From a bacterium (GTDB taxonomy: Bacteria > Zhuqueibacterota > Zhuqueibacteria > Residuimicrobiales > Residuimicrobiaceae), in the NCBI GenBank assembly GCA_029565685.1, contig JAKQNR010000022.1, forward strand, positions 556,035-620,034: DNA of 64,000 nucleotides. The letters are read 5' to 3'. The translations under genes were made by a program, and so were the position numbers. This document shows, in pieces, positions 19,923-30,100 of this stretch. Under the pieces are notes generated by a model, which was given only the letters and a program-made list of their open reading frames with translations, did not search any database and was not told the DNA's origin. Every line of letters begins with the position of its first letter. Position 1 is the first letter of the stretch.

Positions 19923-20360
19923 ATGCGCCGGATCCAGATAATCGGGTTCAGCTTAATGCTTTTCAGCCAATTCTGTGCAGCAGATACGTTGATCAAAATC
20001 GATCGCAGTAGGACGCACGGAAAATTGTCTCTGATCGCCGACACCTATATTGAATTCGTTATCAATAAAAAGGACGGACAGCAACAGTGGATCAAGGTGG
20101 ATAAAAAAGAGATCCTGGATATCGTTGGCAGTAAAGGCAAGCTGATATACCCCAGAGATAAATACGATGAAATGGCGCTCAACTACGGCAAGGTCAAGCT
20201 ACGTACGGCGCAGGATGTCGTTAAATACAAACAGCGCAAATCGGAGTCTATCCTTGCACAGGAACAGCACGAACAGGCGGAGAAAAACCGATTTAAAATA
20301 GCCGCCATGATCGGAGGTGTTGGCGGGTTGATGGCCTGGGCTTTCTTTCAAGCCGATTGA
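19923..20360 (+). CDS. Hypothetical exported protein with hydrophobic C-terminal segment
   Basis: AAGGAGG RBS, signal peptide, C-terminal GGVGGLMAWAFF. Confidence 0.7.
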   Translation: MRRIQIIGFSLMLFSQFCAADTLIKIDRSRTHGKLSLIADTYIEFVINKKDGQQQWIKVDKKEILDIVGSKGKLIYPRDKYDEMALNYGKVKLRTAQDVVKYKQRKSESILAQEQHEQAEKNRFKIAAMIGGVGGLMAWAFFQAD

Positions 20361-20449
20361 GATCGTCGATTCTTCTCTCCTTTGTCCTGCCGACCCCTCT
20401 CTTATCCGCCTATTAGACCAGACCGCTCTTTACACCTCACAGAAAAGTA

Positions 20450-20478
20450 TTGATTTTGTGAGGCAAAATGGGTAACAT
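20450..20478 (+). promoter_or_regulatory. sigma70-like promoter of ispG
   Basis: TTGATT-N17-TAACAT; it overlaps the ORF-track start, which favours ATG 20501. Confidence 0.5.
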
Positions 20479-20500
20479 GATGTTCAAACCTGAACCACCT

Positions 20501-21574
20501 ATGAGAAGAAAAACCAGAAAGGTTTTGGTCGGCGGCGTTGCTCTGGGCAGCGGCTCCCCTGTGGTCGTTCAATCCATGACCAACACCAAAACCACCGATA
20601 TCCCCGCGACATTAAGCCAGATCCAACAGCTGGTTGATGCAGGCTGTGAGCTGGTACGGCTGGCTGTGCCCAATCAAGAGGCGGTTTCCGCGTTCGCTGC
20701 CATCCGCAAGCAGACGCGGGTCCCGCTTATCGCTGACATCCATTTCGATTACCGGCTGGCGCTGGCTTCCATGGATGCCGGCGCAGATAAAATCCGCATC
20801 AATCCCGGCAACATCGGCGGCGAGGAAAAGCTGGCTCAGGTCATCCGTAGAGCGGCTCGAGACCATGTGCCAGTTCGAATCGGCGTTAATTCAGGCTCTC
20901 TGGAGAAGGAGCTGCTAAGCACCGAAAAGGGCGTAACCGTGAACGGATTGGTCCGTTCAGCCTTGCGCTGGACTGAACGCTGTCGGGAATACGGCGCCGA
21001 GCAGTTGGTGGTATCTCTGAAATCATCGGACGTCTTGCAAACCATTGAAGCTTATCAAGCCTTTGCCCAACAGAGCGATGTACCGCTTCATATCGGCGTA
21101 ACAGAAGCGGGCACTGCGCGCAGCGGCAGCATCAAATCAGCCGTAGCCATGGGTATTCTGCTCCACCAGGGCATTGGCGACACGCTGCGCGTCTCTCTGA
21201 GCGGGGATCCGGTTGAAGAGATCTTTGTTGCCCGCCAAATACTGCAATGCCTTGGACTGCAACAGCCTGGCGTGACCGTCATCGCCTGTCCGACCTGCGG
21301 CCGCACCGAGGTTGACATGGCGCCCATTGCCGAAGAGGTAGAGAAGCGTCTGGCCGGGCTCAAGCATCCCATCACGGTGGCGGTCATGGGTTGCGAGGTC
21401 AATGGACCTGGAGAGGCCCGCCACGCCGATATCGGCGTAGCCTGCGGTAAAAATGCAGCGGTTCTATTTCGTCATGGTAAAATCTTGCGCAAGATCAAAG
21501 CGGACGAAATCGCTGATGAATTGGTCAATGAAGCCTTGCATCTGCATGATAAGGCGGAAAAGGTCGGCGAATGA
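20501..21574 (+). CDS. ispG: HMBPP synthase IspG
   Basis: VQSMTNT, ADIHFD, RINPGN, RIGVNSGSL, CPTCGR, VMGCEVNGPGE. Confidence 0.97.
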   Translation: MRRKTRKVLVGGVALGSGSPVVVQSMTNTKTTDIPATLSQIQQLVDAGCELVRLAVPNQEAVSAFAAIRKQTRVPLIADIHFDYRLALASMDAGADKIRINPGNIGGEEKLAQVIRRAARDHVPVRIGVNSGSLEKELLSTEKGVTVNGLVRSALRWTERCREYGAEQLVVSLKSSDVLQTIEAYQAFAQQSDVPLHIGVTEAGTARSGSIKSAVAMGILLHQGIGDTLRVSLSGDPVEEIFVARQILQCLGLQQPGVTVIACPTCGRTEVDMAPIAEEVEKRLAGLKHPITVAVMGCEVNGPGEARHADIGVACGKNAAVLFRHGKILRKIKADEIADELVNEALHLHDKAEKVGE

Positions 21575-22491
21575 CTTACGACTGCGTGGGGATGGGCATC
21601 ACGGTTTTAGATGAGCTGGTGGTGCTGGACGCTTATCCTCAGCCCAACAGCAAAGGCCGCGCCAAAACCATCATTCGGCAGGGCGGAGGGCCGGTGCCCA
21701 CAGCCCTGGCTACGCTATCCCGGTTGGGCAAACGTTGTGCCTTGGTAACGGCTCTTGGCATGGACTCTCACGGCCGTTTTTTATGCCAGGAACTGGAACA
21801 ATTCGGGGTTGAAACCCGTTATGTACATTATTTACCATCTGTTACCACGCCCAGAGCGATCATTCTGATCGATCAAAGCAAGGGGGAGCGGACTGTGCTG
21901 TTGGCGCAGGATTCGGCCTGCACCCTCAAACAACTCGAGCCGGTTCAGCCCTTTGACCAATGCCGCCTGCTTCACGTTGATGGCCATTATCCAGAAGCAG
22001 ACATTCAGGCGGCAGAGAGAGTGCATCATCAGGGCGGACTGGTGTCTCTGGACATTGGCAGCAACCGACTCGTGCCGGAGGCTCTTTTGAAAAAAGTCGA
22101 CATTCTGGTGGTGAGCGAATCCTATCAACAGAAAGGAATCATTCAAAGCGATCCGGTCAAAAGCCTGGAGCACCTTGCAAAACAGCACTTTAAATTGATA
22201 GGCATAACTTGCGGAACTATAGGGAGTTATCTTTATTTTAACAACAAAATACATTATGAACCGGCGTTCAAAGTAACAACCATAGACAGCACCGGCGCTG
22301 GAGATGTCTATCATGGCGCTCTGCTGTACGGATTTCTGCAGGGATTTACATTAGAGCAAATGGCTCGATTTGCTGCTGCGGCTGCTGCGAGAAAATGCGG
22401 ACATGTGGGGGGCAAGGCCGGCATACCTGATCTTCAGCAAATCAAGCAATTTCTTCAGGACCATAACTCGGACACTGACTTTATATCATGA
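21571..22491 (+). CDS. PfkB-family carbohydrate kinase
   Basis: GGGPVPTA, DSTGAGDVYHG. Confidence 0.9.
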   Translation: MTYDCVGMGITVLDELVVLDAYPQPNSKGRAKTIIRQGGGPVPTALATLSRLGKRCALVTALGMDSHGRFLCQELEQFGVETRYVHYLPSVTTPRAIILIDQSKGERTVLLAQDSACTLKQLEPVQPFDQCRLLHVDGHYPEADIQAAERVHHQGGLVSLDIGSNRLVPEALLKKVDILVVSESYQQKGIIQSDPVKSLEHLAKQHFKLIGITCGTIGSYLYFNNKIHYEPAFKVTTIDSTGAGDVYHGALLYGFLQGFTLEQMARFAAAAAARKCGHVGGKAGIPDLQQIKQFLQDHNSDTDFIS

Positions 22492-22510
22492 TTCACACAA
22501 GGAGCCTGCT

Positions 22511-23029
22511 ATGAGGGTGAAACGGATGGCCGTGGCGGCCATTTTACTTTTAGGTTCAATCTGCGTGCTGCTAGGTCAAACGGACCAGGCGAAAAAATAT
22601 ATAAAAAACGATCAGGCTATGATCGCCAATGCATCCAAAGATGGGCAGACCATTGGTGTACTCGGCAAGGGCACGGAGCTGGTGGTATTGGAAGAGACGC
22701 CGACTATGGCCAAAATTCAGGTGACCGCCTGGGTGCTCAAATCAGAGATCACGCCGCTGCGTCCGTTGCGCGCGTTGCACCTGGCGGTTAAGACCAGAGC
22801 TGAGGCTGATTCTATTATGGCAGTGCTGAGAGCAGGTGGAGACTTTATCCAGCTGGCGCAAAGAAAATCCATCCTTGCCAATGCCGCCAAAGGGGGGGAT
22901 CTCGGTTACTTTAACACCGGCGACTTTGATCCCAAGATCGAAGCAGCCATTTCCAGCCTCGAGATCAACGAGCTCAGCGGCATCATCGAAACCTCGTTCG
23001 GCTACAATATCTTTAAAAGAATCCAGTGA
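22511..23029 (+). CDS. Exported PpiC-type peptidyl-prolyl isomerase with SH3-like N-terminus
   Basis: Signal peptide; KGGDLGYF, ETSFGYNI; AAGGAG RBS. Confidence 0.8.
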   Translation: MRVKRMAVAAILLLGSICVLLGQTDQAKKYIKNDQAMIANASKDGQTIGVLGKGTELVVLEETPTMAKIQVTAWVLKSEITPLRPLRALHLAVKTRAEADSIMAVLRAGGDFIQLAQRKSILANAAKGGDLGYFNTGDFDPKIEAAISSLEINELSGIIETSFGYNIFKRIQ

Positions 23030-23052
23030 TCGTCTGACCCAGGCGTATTCCC

Positions 23053-23730
23053 ATGGCCGGACGCATTCTGCTCGCCATACCCGTGTACAACGAAGCAGGT
23101 CATCTGCCGCGGGTGTTGGCAGGCGTTCTGCAGCTTATGGACTCCCAGGACGTCCTGATTATTGACGACGGATCCACGGATGGAACTCTGGCTGAGATCG
23201 AGCATTTGGGACTGAATACGCTGCGTCATCCGCAGAATGAAGGCAAAGGCTTTTCTCTTTTGCAAGCCTGGCGATACGCCAAGGAGAGGGAATACGATTG
23301 GCTGTTGTGCATGGATGGGGACGGTCAGCACGATCCCGCGGATATACCGCTTTTTATTCAGCACATCGCCCGGGATCAAGCCGACGTGTTTCTAGGCGAC
23401 CGTATGCAGAGAGCAGGACACATGCCTTTGCAGCGGCAATGGAGCAACCGGCTCTCCTCTCTGATCCTGTCGTTGTTGATCAACAACGGTCAGCGCCTCA
23501 CCGACACCCAGTGCGGTTTCAGAGCCCTGCGCGTCTCCATGCTGCAGAACGCCTGGTTCCGTGAAAAAGGCTTTCAGTTTGAATCTGAAGTGCTGCTGGT
23601 GCTGGGACGCAGGGGCCGCCGGATCCGCCAGATCCCCATTCAGACCCGCTACGCCCAGGAAAAGAGCAGCATCAACCCCCTGACCGATACTCTGCGTTTT
23701 CTCAAGCTGGTTTTTAGAAGCCTGTGGTAG
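23053..23730 (+). CDS. Glycosyltransferase family 2 (DPM-synthase-like)
   Basis: IPVYNE, IDDGSTD, MDGDGQH, DTQCGFR. Confidence 0.9.
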   Translation: MAGRILLAIPVYNEAGHLPRVLAGVLQLMDSQDVLIIDDGSTDGTLAEIEHLGLNTLRHPQNEGKGFSLLQAWRYAKEREYDWLLCMDGDGQHDPADIPLFIQHIARDQADVFLGDRMQRAGHMPLQRQWSNRLSSLILSLLINNGQRLTDTQCGFRALRVSMLQNAWFREKGFQFESEVLLVLGRRGRRIRQIPIQTRYAQEKSSINPLTDTLRFLKLVFRSLW

Positions 23731-23751
23731 GATCGGTTTACAATTTTTTTC

Positions 23752-23780
23752 TTGTTTTCATTCATCGAATTGTGTACATT
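23752..23780 (+). promoter_or_regulatory. Promoter of tRNA-Pro
   Basis: TTGTTT-N17-TACATT ending 11 nt before the tRNA. Confidence 0.6.
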
Positions 23781-23791
23781 AATGTTTCAAA

Positions 23792-23867
23792 CGGGGCGTA
23801 GCGCAGTCCGGCTTAGCGCGCCTGCTTCGGGAGCAGGAGGTCGGTGGTTCGAATCCACTCGCCCCGA
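23792..23867 (+). tRNA. tRNA-Pro(CGG)
   Basis: Cloverleaf, anticodon arm CCTGC-TTCGGGA-GCAGG, TTCGAAT T-loop. Confidence 0.97.
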
Positions 23868-23878
23868 CATGCAGTCAG

Positions 23879-23912
23879 AAAGGTTGACAGAAATTTTCTG
23901 TCAGCCTTTTTT
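23879..23912 (+). terminator. Intrinsic terminator after tRNA-Pro
   Basis: AAAGGTTGACAGAA/TTCTGTCAGCCTTT plus T-run. Confidence 0.8.
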
Positions 23913-24061
23913 CATTTCAGCCTCCTTGGAGCCGCTGTCTGAGCGGGATTTTCCACACTGCGAGGGGCATGAGCAGCCGGCGGGCGAGCGGCAGATCCAC
24001 TTACCTCGCTGAACGAGCAAAAGATAAACCTCCTTCTGCGCTGCCGACGCAGCCGATGATG

Positions 24062-24090
24062 TTGCTTTTTTGCAATTTCTTTTGTACATT
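24062..24090 (+). promoter_or_regulatory. Promoter of leuS
   Basis: TTGCTT-N17-TACATT. Confidence 0.55.
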
Positions 24091-24130
24091 AGAACTTATA
24101 GCTATGGAACGATTAAAGTAGGATGGATTT

Positions 24131-26587
24131 ATGGCCCCTGAATACGATTCTAGCGTGATTGAAAAGAAATGGCAGCAGCGTTGGGAAACGACCAAGCTGT
24201 ACAAAACCGATCTAGATAAAATCGACAAAAAACTTTATTGTCTGGTGATGTTCATCTACCCGTCCGGAGACCGGATGCACATCGGCCACTGGTACAATTA
24301 TGCTCCCACGGACAGCTGGGCGCGCTTTAAACGGATGCAGGGCTATCAGGTTTTCGAGCCCATCGGCTATGATGCTTTTGGCCTTCCAGCGGAAAATTAT
24401 GCGATTAAAAAAGGCGTTCATCCAGCGGTCAGCACCAATCACAATATCCGGCTGATCCGTGAACAGCTCAAAGCCATGGGCGCCATGTATGACTGGGATT
24501 GTGAGATCAACACCAGCGATCCAAGCTATTATAAATGGACGCAGTGGCTTTTTCTGCAATTGTATAAAAAAGGGTTAGCCTACCGTAAAAAGGCCTCGGC
24601 CAACTGGTGCCCGAGCTGTAAAACCGTACTGGCCAATGAGCAGGTTATCGACGGTTGCTGCGAACGGTGCGATTCAGAGGTGTTGACCAGAGACCTGGAA
24701 CAGTGGTTTTTCAAGATCACCGAATATGCGGAACGGCTGCTGGAAGGACATCAGCGCATTCATTGGCCGGAAAAGACCATCGCCATGCAAAAGAACTGGA
24801 TCGGCAAAAGCGTCGGCGCACGTATCTGTTTCCCGGTGCAGGGCGGGGAGGAGGTCATCGAGGTGTTCACCACTCGTCCGGACACGCTCTGGGGCGTGAC
24901 CTATATGGTGCTGGCGCCGGAGCATCCTCTGGTCGGTCGCTTGACAAAACCAGAGCAGCAAAAGGCGGTGAAAGAGTATGTCTTGCAGGCGCGCAAGCAA
25001 AAAGAGATTGATCGCATGTCCACCGAAAAAGAAAAAACCGGCGTTTTTCTCGGCAGCTATTGCATCAATCCGGTCAATCAGGAGGCCGTGCCCATATGGA
25101 TTGCGGATTATGTGCTGGTGACTTATGGCACCGGGGCGGTGATGGCTGTGCCGGCGCACGATCAGCGCGACTTTGAATTTGCCAGCAAATATCAGCTGCC
25201 GATCCGTGAGGTTGTTTCGCCTGTTGGATCGCCGGCCGCTCAACCGCTGGACCACGCCTTTGAAGCGCCGGGGATCATGATCAACTCCGGTCCCTTTTCC
25301 GGCACGCCCTCCAGCGAGGGTTTGGCGCAAGTTATCGATTATCTGCAAGAGAAAAAATGGGGCGGGAAAAAGATCAATTACAAGCTTCGCGACTGGCTGA
25401 TTTCCCGTCAACGCTACTGGGGCGCTCCGATTCCGATCCTTTACTGCGAAAAGTGCGGCGAAGTGCCGGTGCCTGAAGCCGACCTGCCGGTGCTGTTGCC
25501 GGAGGACGTGCAGTTCAGCGGCAAAGGCGAATCACCGCTCTCCACCTCAGCCACTTTTATGCAGGCTGTATGCCCGCAATGCGGCGGCCCTGCCAGACGG
25601 GAGATAGACACGATGGATACCTTTGTCTGCTCCTCCTGGTATTTTCTCCGTTATCCCAATTCAACCCTGCAGGACCGTCCCTTTGATCCCAAACGGGTTG
25701 CTGATTGGTTGCCGGTGGATCAGTATGTGGGTGGAGCGGAGCATGCCGTCATGCATCTGCTCTATGCGCGTTTCTTTACCAAGGCGCTCTACGATCTGGG
25801 GTTGATCAACTTTGACGAGCCGTTCAGTCGATTGGTTCATCAGGGCATCATCACCGCCAAGGGCGCCAAGATGAGCAAATCCAAAGGCAATGTGGTCAAC
25901 CCGGACAAATTCGTGCAAGAGTTCGGCAGCGACACCTTTCGTTTGTATATGATGTTTATGGGCTCCTATGAGGAGGGGGGCGATTGGTCTGATGAGGGCA
26001 TCATCGGCATTCATCGCTTTCTTAAAAGGGTCTGGCGCGTGGTCTGGACCTGTGTCGAGAACCCACCCCAGGGAAGTGAAAATGAACGATTCATCAAAGT
26101 TGTCCAGCAGATGCACTATGCCATCAAACAGGTCACCCAAGATTTGGAACGTTTCCATTTCAACACCGCGGTAAGCCGCATCATGGAATTAGTGAATGAA
26201 ATTTCATTATATCTGCAGGACGTGCCGGTTCTGAACCAGAACCGGGAACTTTTGCAGACCGTCATCCCCACCTTGATACAGCTTTTGGCGCCGTTCGCAC
26301 CGCATTTCAGCGAGGAGCTCTGGGAAGTCATCGGCCGGCCGTACAGTGTTTTCAACACCACATGGCCGGAGCACGATGAATCCTGGCTGGTGCAGCGCAC
26401 GATTCAACTGGGAGTGCAGATCAATGGTAAAATACGCGGCCAGGTCGAAGTGTCGGCTGACATGGCGGACCAGCAGATTCTTGCCGAGGCGCTGAAAGAC
26501 GCAAAGATTAAAACCTATGTGGATGGAAAAACCATTGTCAAATCGTTTGTGGTGCCTAAAAAGCTGGTCAGTCTAGTGGTCAAATAG
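24131..26587 (+). CDS. leuS: Leucyl-tRNA synthetase
   Basis: HIGH, FTTRPDT, DWLISRQRYWG, KMSKS. Confidence 0.98.
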   Translation: MAPEYDSSVIEKKWQQRWETTKLYKTDLDKIDKKLYCLVMFIYPSGDRMHIGHWYNYAPTDSWARFKRMQGYQVFEPIGYDAFGLPAENYAIKKGVHPAVSTNHNIRLIREQLKAMGAMYDWDCEINTSDPSYYKWTQWLFLQLYKKGLAYRKKASANWCPSCKTVLANEQVIDGCCERCDSEVLTRDLEQWFFKITEYAERLLEGHQRIHWPEKTIAMQKNWIGKSVGARICFPVQGGEEVIEVFTTRPDTLWGVTYMVLAPEHPLVGRLTKPEQQKAVKEYVLQARKQKEIDRMSTEKEKTGVFLGSYCINPVNQEAVPIWIADYVLVTYGTGAVMAVPAHDQRDFEFASKYQLPIREVVSPVGSPAAQPLDHAFEAPGIMINSGPFSGTPSSEGLAQVIDYLQEKKWGGKKINYKLRDWLISRQRYWGAPIPILYCEKCGEVPVPEADLPVLLPEDVQFSGKGESPLSTSATFMQAVCPQCGGPARREIDTMDTFVCSSWYFLRYPNSTLQDRPFDPKRVADWLPVDQYVGGAEHAVMHLLYARFFTKALYDLGLINFDEPFSRLVHQGIITAKGAKMSKSKGNVVNPDKFVQEFGSDTFRLYMMFMGSYEEGGDWSDEGIIGIHRFLKRVWRVVWTCVENPPQGSENERFIKVVQQMHYAIKQVTQDLERFHFNTAVSRIMELVNEISLYLQDVPVLNQNRELLQTVIPTLIQLLAPFAPHFSEELWEVIGRPYSVFNTTWPEHDESWLVQRTIQLGVQINGKIRGQVEVSADMADQQILAEALKDAKIKTYVDGKTIVKSFVVPKKLVSLVVK

Positions 26588-26616
26588 ACAGGCGGGGGCC
26601 ATTTTAGCTCAAAGCC

Positions 26617-26648
26617 AAGCCTGGATCAATGATGATTCAGGCTTTTTT
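26617..26648 (+). terminator. Intrinsic terminator after leuS
   Basis: AAGCCTGGATCA/TGATTCAGGCTT plus T-run. Confidence 0.75.
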
Positions 26649-26728
26649 ATATTTAAAGGGGGGATCCGTCGCTGTAAACTTGACATAACTAATATTATGC
26701 AGAAATGGCTCTGCTTACAGAGCAGCTC

Positions 26729-28132
26729 TTAGGGTATCTGCAACTCCTGCTTGGCTTTTTCCTTAAGCGGCGATTCTGTCTTGACCCATAAAATCTCCTC
26801 CAGCTGTTGCCGTGCGGTGTCGCTTTGTCCCAACGCCTTTAAGGACAGCGCATAATGAAATCGCGCATTTATGTTGCTGGGATTGAGCTTGATGGCCTCT
26901 TGAAGGAATTTCACAGCCTCTTGATGTTTTCCCTCCAACGTATGACTCTTGCCCAATAGGGTCAGCGTTACACTGTCATCTTTGCCAAGGTCAATGGCCT
27001 TTTGCGCCGCTTCTGCTGTTTCAGCCGGCATCTGCGAAGCATCATAGATGATCGCCGCTTGCTTGAACAGCGCCGCCTTATTGGGCGCTATGGCTATGGC
27101 ACGGCGAATGGAATCCGCTGCTTCCTTGATGCGGCCGCTGCGCAGCTGACACGATGCCAGAGATGCCCAGACATCGTACTCTGCCGGTTTGATCCCAAGA
27201 TATTTCTTGTAAGCAAGTATGGCAGCGTTGTAGTCGCCTTTTATAAATGACTGAAAACCCTCAGCATACAATTCTTCTACGTTCTCGTCGTTCATTTCGG
27301 CCGCTGCGGACACATTGCGGTTTTCAGCGCTGTGCTGCTCTGCAGGCGTAAACGCCCGTAAAGATTTTCGCGCAATTTCCCCCAAATTGCCGCTGGGGTC
27401 GAGTTTGATCACCGCTTTGAAGCATCTACTGGCATTATCCGCATCGTTCTGCGCCAGGTACACTTTGCCCAGCCCCAAATAGGCTCGCGGCTCCTTGGGC
27501 GACAACGAAATCACGCGTTCAAAAATGCGTATGGCCTCAGGATAGTTCTTTTCAATACTGTATACAGCCGCTAAATTGACCAAAGCTAATATATTGCTGT
27601 TCTGTAACAGCAATCCTTCACGTAAAAAATGAATGGATTGCTGGAACTGTCTTATTTTTGAATAGATACTTCCCAGAACGAAATAAGCGCGGACATAGAC
27701 CGGACAGACGCGGAGCGTATCAAGACATAGCTCCAACCCCTGATTCAAATTCTTCATCTCCAGATTCACCAACGCCAGATTATAGTAAAAATCCGGTTCA
27801 TTCGGATTCATTTCAAGAGCCTTGCGCCAGAGCACGATGGCTTTATCATACGCCCTGCTGCGGGCCAAAGATAAGGCTTCCTTGTTAAGGGCTTCAGCCT
27901 CGGCGCCGGGGCGCTGTTGACTCCAGGTCAATACGATCTTTTGCCCTTCCGCTTCCTTGATGTCGATGCGATAAGCCTGTCCACGATATTTTTCTTTGAG
28001 CAGTTGAAACAGATCTGTGAGGTTTTGGCCGGTCTTGAGGTTGAGTTGGGGATAGCTTTTCGCCAATTCGGCGGTATCGAAAGTCACAGTGTAGGTCTTT
28101 AATGACTCTGAAGCTGTCATACTGTCCAACAT
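26729..28132 (-). CDS. Tetratricopeptide repeat protein
   Basis: Multiple TPR-type helix pairs (A...KAL..NP..P..YYNLA) after an approximately 75-aa non-TPR N-terminus. Confidence 0.88.
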   Translation of the reverse strand: MLDSMTASESLKTYTVTFDTAELAKSYPQLNLKTGQNLTDLFQLLKEKYRGQAYRIDIKEAEGQKIVLTWSQQRPGAEAEALNKEALSLARSRAYDKAIVLWRKALEMNPNEPDFYYNLALVNLEMKNLNQGLELCLDTLRVCPVYVRAYFVLGSIYSKIRQFQQSIHFLREGLLLQNSNILALVNLAAVYSIEKNYPEAIRIFERVISLSPKEPRAYLGLGKVYLAQNDADNASRCFKAVIKLDPSGNLGEIARKSLRAFTPAEQHSAENRNVSAAAEMNDENVEELYAEGFQSFIKGDYNAAILAYKKYLGIKPAEYDVWASLASCQLRSGRIKEAADSIRRAIAIAPNKAALFKQAAIIYDASQMPAETAEAAQKAIDLGKDDSVTLTLLGKSHTLEGKHQEAVKFLQEAIKLNPSNINARFHYALSLKALGQSDTARQQLEEILWVKTESPLKEKAKQELQIP

Positions 28133-28175
28133 CAGTTGCGTAAAGGTGACTATTTCAGGGCTTTAAAGAATCTTG

Positions 28176-28249
28176 TACGCCAGACGGGAGTCGAACCCAT
28201 AACCTTTGGCTCCGGAGGCCAACGCTCTGTCCAGTTGAGCTACTGGCGC
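28176..28249 (-). tRNA. tRNA-Arg(CCG)
   Basis: Cloverleaf, anticodon arm TTGGC-CTCCGGA-GCCAA. Confidence 0.96.
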
Positions 28250-28259
28250 ATGGTGTAAA

Positions 28260-29147
28260 TCAAGAAACGCCTGCTGACTGCTTTCGTGCCGCCTGCAGCG
28301 TATTTTTCATCAGCATAGCGATGGTCATCGGTCCCACACCGCCGGGAACCGGTGAAATTGCTGCGGCTTTCTTCTCGACAGCGGCAAAATCAACGTCGCC
28401 GACGAGTCGATACCCCTTGGGATGAGTTGAATCAACAATCCGGTTAACGCCGACATCGATGACCACGCATCCCTCCTGCACCATCTCACCCGTGATCGTG
28501 CCGGCTCTGCCTGATGCGACGATCAGGATCTCCGCCTGTCGCGTGTGGTAGCTGAGATCTCGAGTGCCGGTATGACACAAAGTAACGGTAGCGTTGGCGC
28601 CTGGCTTTTTTTGCGCCAGCATGACCGCCAGCGGCATGCCAACAATGCCGCTGCGCCCGACAATGACCACATGCTTGCCCGCGATGTCGATTTTTTCGCG
28701 GATCAGCATCTCCTGTATGCCGGCGGGGGTGCAGGGCGCATAACATTCCTCCCCGGCGGCCAGTTTGCCGCGATTCACAGGATGGAATCCATCTACGTCC
28801 TTTTCCGGCGCGATGGCTTGGATCACCCGTGAGGACGAAAGTGAATGGGGCAAAGGAAGCTGCACCAAGATGCCATGCACGGATGAATCAGAATTCAATT
28901 CACCAATCAATTGCAGCAGCTCGTGCTCGGAAAAATCCGCCCCATAGCGCAAAGTACGCGAAGCGATGCCGAACTGCTCACAGGCTTTTTGTTTCCGCCC
29001 CACATAAACCAGCGACGCAGGATCTTCGCCCACCAGAATAACCGCCAAGCAGGGCTGCACCCCTTGCGTCCGCAGGGCACGAACCTGTTCCTCGATCTCT
29101 TGATGAATCTGCTGGGCTATCCGATTGCCGTCGATGATCTTCGCCAT
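28260..29147 (-). CDS. folD: Bifunctional methylene-THF dehydrogenase/cyclohydrolase
   Basis: GILVQLPLP, KDVDGFHP, PCTP, PVPGGVGPMT. Confidence 0.98.
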   Translation of the reverse strand: MAKIIDGNRIAQQIHQEIEEQVRALRTQGVQPCLAVILVGEDPASLVYVGRKQKACEQFGIASRTLRYGADFSEHELLQLIGELNSDSSVHGILVQLPLPHSLSSSRVIQAIAPEKDVDGFHPVNRGKLAAGEECYAPCTPAGIQEMLIREKIDIAGKHVVIVGRSGIVGMPLAVMLAQKKPGANATVTLCHTGTRDLSYHTRQAEILIVASGRAGTITGEMVQEGCVVIDVGVNRIVDSTHPKGYRLVGDVDFAAVEKKAAAISPVPGGVGPMTIAMLMKNTLQAARKQSAGVS

Positions 29148-29207
29148 ATTCGCTTCTCTGCTGCAACTCCGAATGTCCCGTGCTGCCTATGAAAGCAGCG
29201 CGCCGGA

Positions 29208-30002
29208 CTAGGGTAGGTTCACCCTGCTGATCTTGATCGCTCTTCCACTGGCAGCGTCGATCTCCAGCAGCACACCGTTGAGTCGGTTGTTGCTGGTCGC
29301 CGGGCGGTATTTTTCAGGAATTTGGCGGATGAATCGTTTGAGCGCAACCTGGGTGTCCATGCCGATGACTGAATCAAAAGGACCGGTCATTCCGGCATCA
29401 GTGATGTATGCGGTGCCCAGGGGCAGAATGCGTTCATCCGCGGTCTGTACATGGGTGTGGGTGCCGATCACGGCGCTGACCTGTCCATCGAGATGCCAAG
29501 CCAAAGCCTGCTTTTCCGCAGTGGCTTCCGCATGCAGGTCAAGGATCAGCACTTTGGTTTTTTCCCGTAACCGCGCCACCTCTTCGCTGCACCGTTTAAA
29601 CGGGCAGTCGATCGGGAACATGAACGTCCGGCCTTGCGCGTTAAGAATGCCGACCAGCGCCTGGGTATCGGTTTGGATCACCGTAGAACCCCGTCCCGGG
29701 GCTTCAGAGGGATAATTGAGCGGTCGCAGCACCCGCGGGCTGGTGTCCAGATAGTGGCGAAAAGCACTGTTGCTCCACGTATGATTGCCGCCGGTGATGA
29801 CGTCCACACCCAGGGAGAAAAGCTGCTTGGCCAGGCTTTCAGTGAGCCCATTCCCTGCATCCATGTTTTCGCCATTGGCGATGCAGACGTCCACCTGATG
29901 GGATTTCTTGAGGCCCGGGAGCAGACCCGCTACCAGGTCCAATCCGGATTTTCCCACGATGTCGGCGATGAACAACACGGTGATCGGTTTGCGCTCAGCC
30001 AA
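29208..30002 (-). CDS. ymdB: YmdB/TIGR00282 metallophosphoesterase
   Basis: NGEN, GNH, DLHAEATAEK, GTHTHVQTAD; follows rny. Confidence 0.93.
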   Translation of the reverse strand: MAERKPITVLFIADIVGKSGLDLVAGLLPGLKKSHQVDVCIANGENMDAGNGLTESLAKQLFSLGVDVITGGNHTWSNSAFRHYLDTSPRVLRPLNYPSEAPGRGSTVIQTDTQALVGILNAQGRTFMFPIDCPFKRCSEEVARLREKTKVLILDLHAEATAEKQALAWHLDGQVSAVIGTHTHVQTADERILPLGTAYITDAGMTGPFDSVIGMDTQVALKRFIRQIPEKYRPATSNNRLNGVLLEIDAASGRAIKISRVNLP

Positions 30003-30100
30003 TCGGCACCTTTAATATAAATGTTTTGTTGTAAGGATCAAAGATTTTTTTTAATCTTGCGGGCGTAGGTCACTGCGCTCCGGCCCAGGTCCCTCTGGGC

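Noticed and set aside
23915..24060. T-box or riboswitch upstream of leuS
   Set aside because: No T-box consensus; the region lies upstream of the leuS promoter candidate
26679..26701. TTGACA and CATAA-N6-TTATG between convergent genes as an antisense promoter or repeat
   Set aside because: No -10 at correct spacing; single copy in the window
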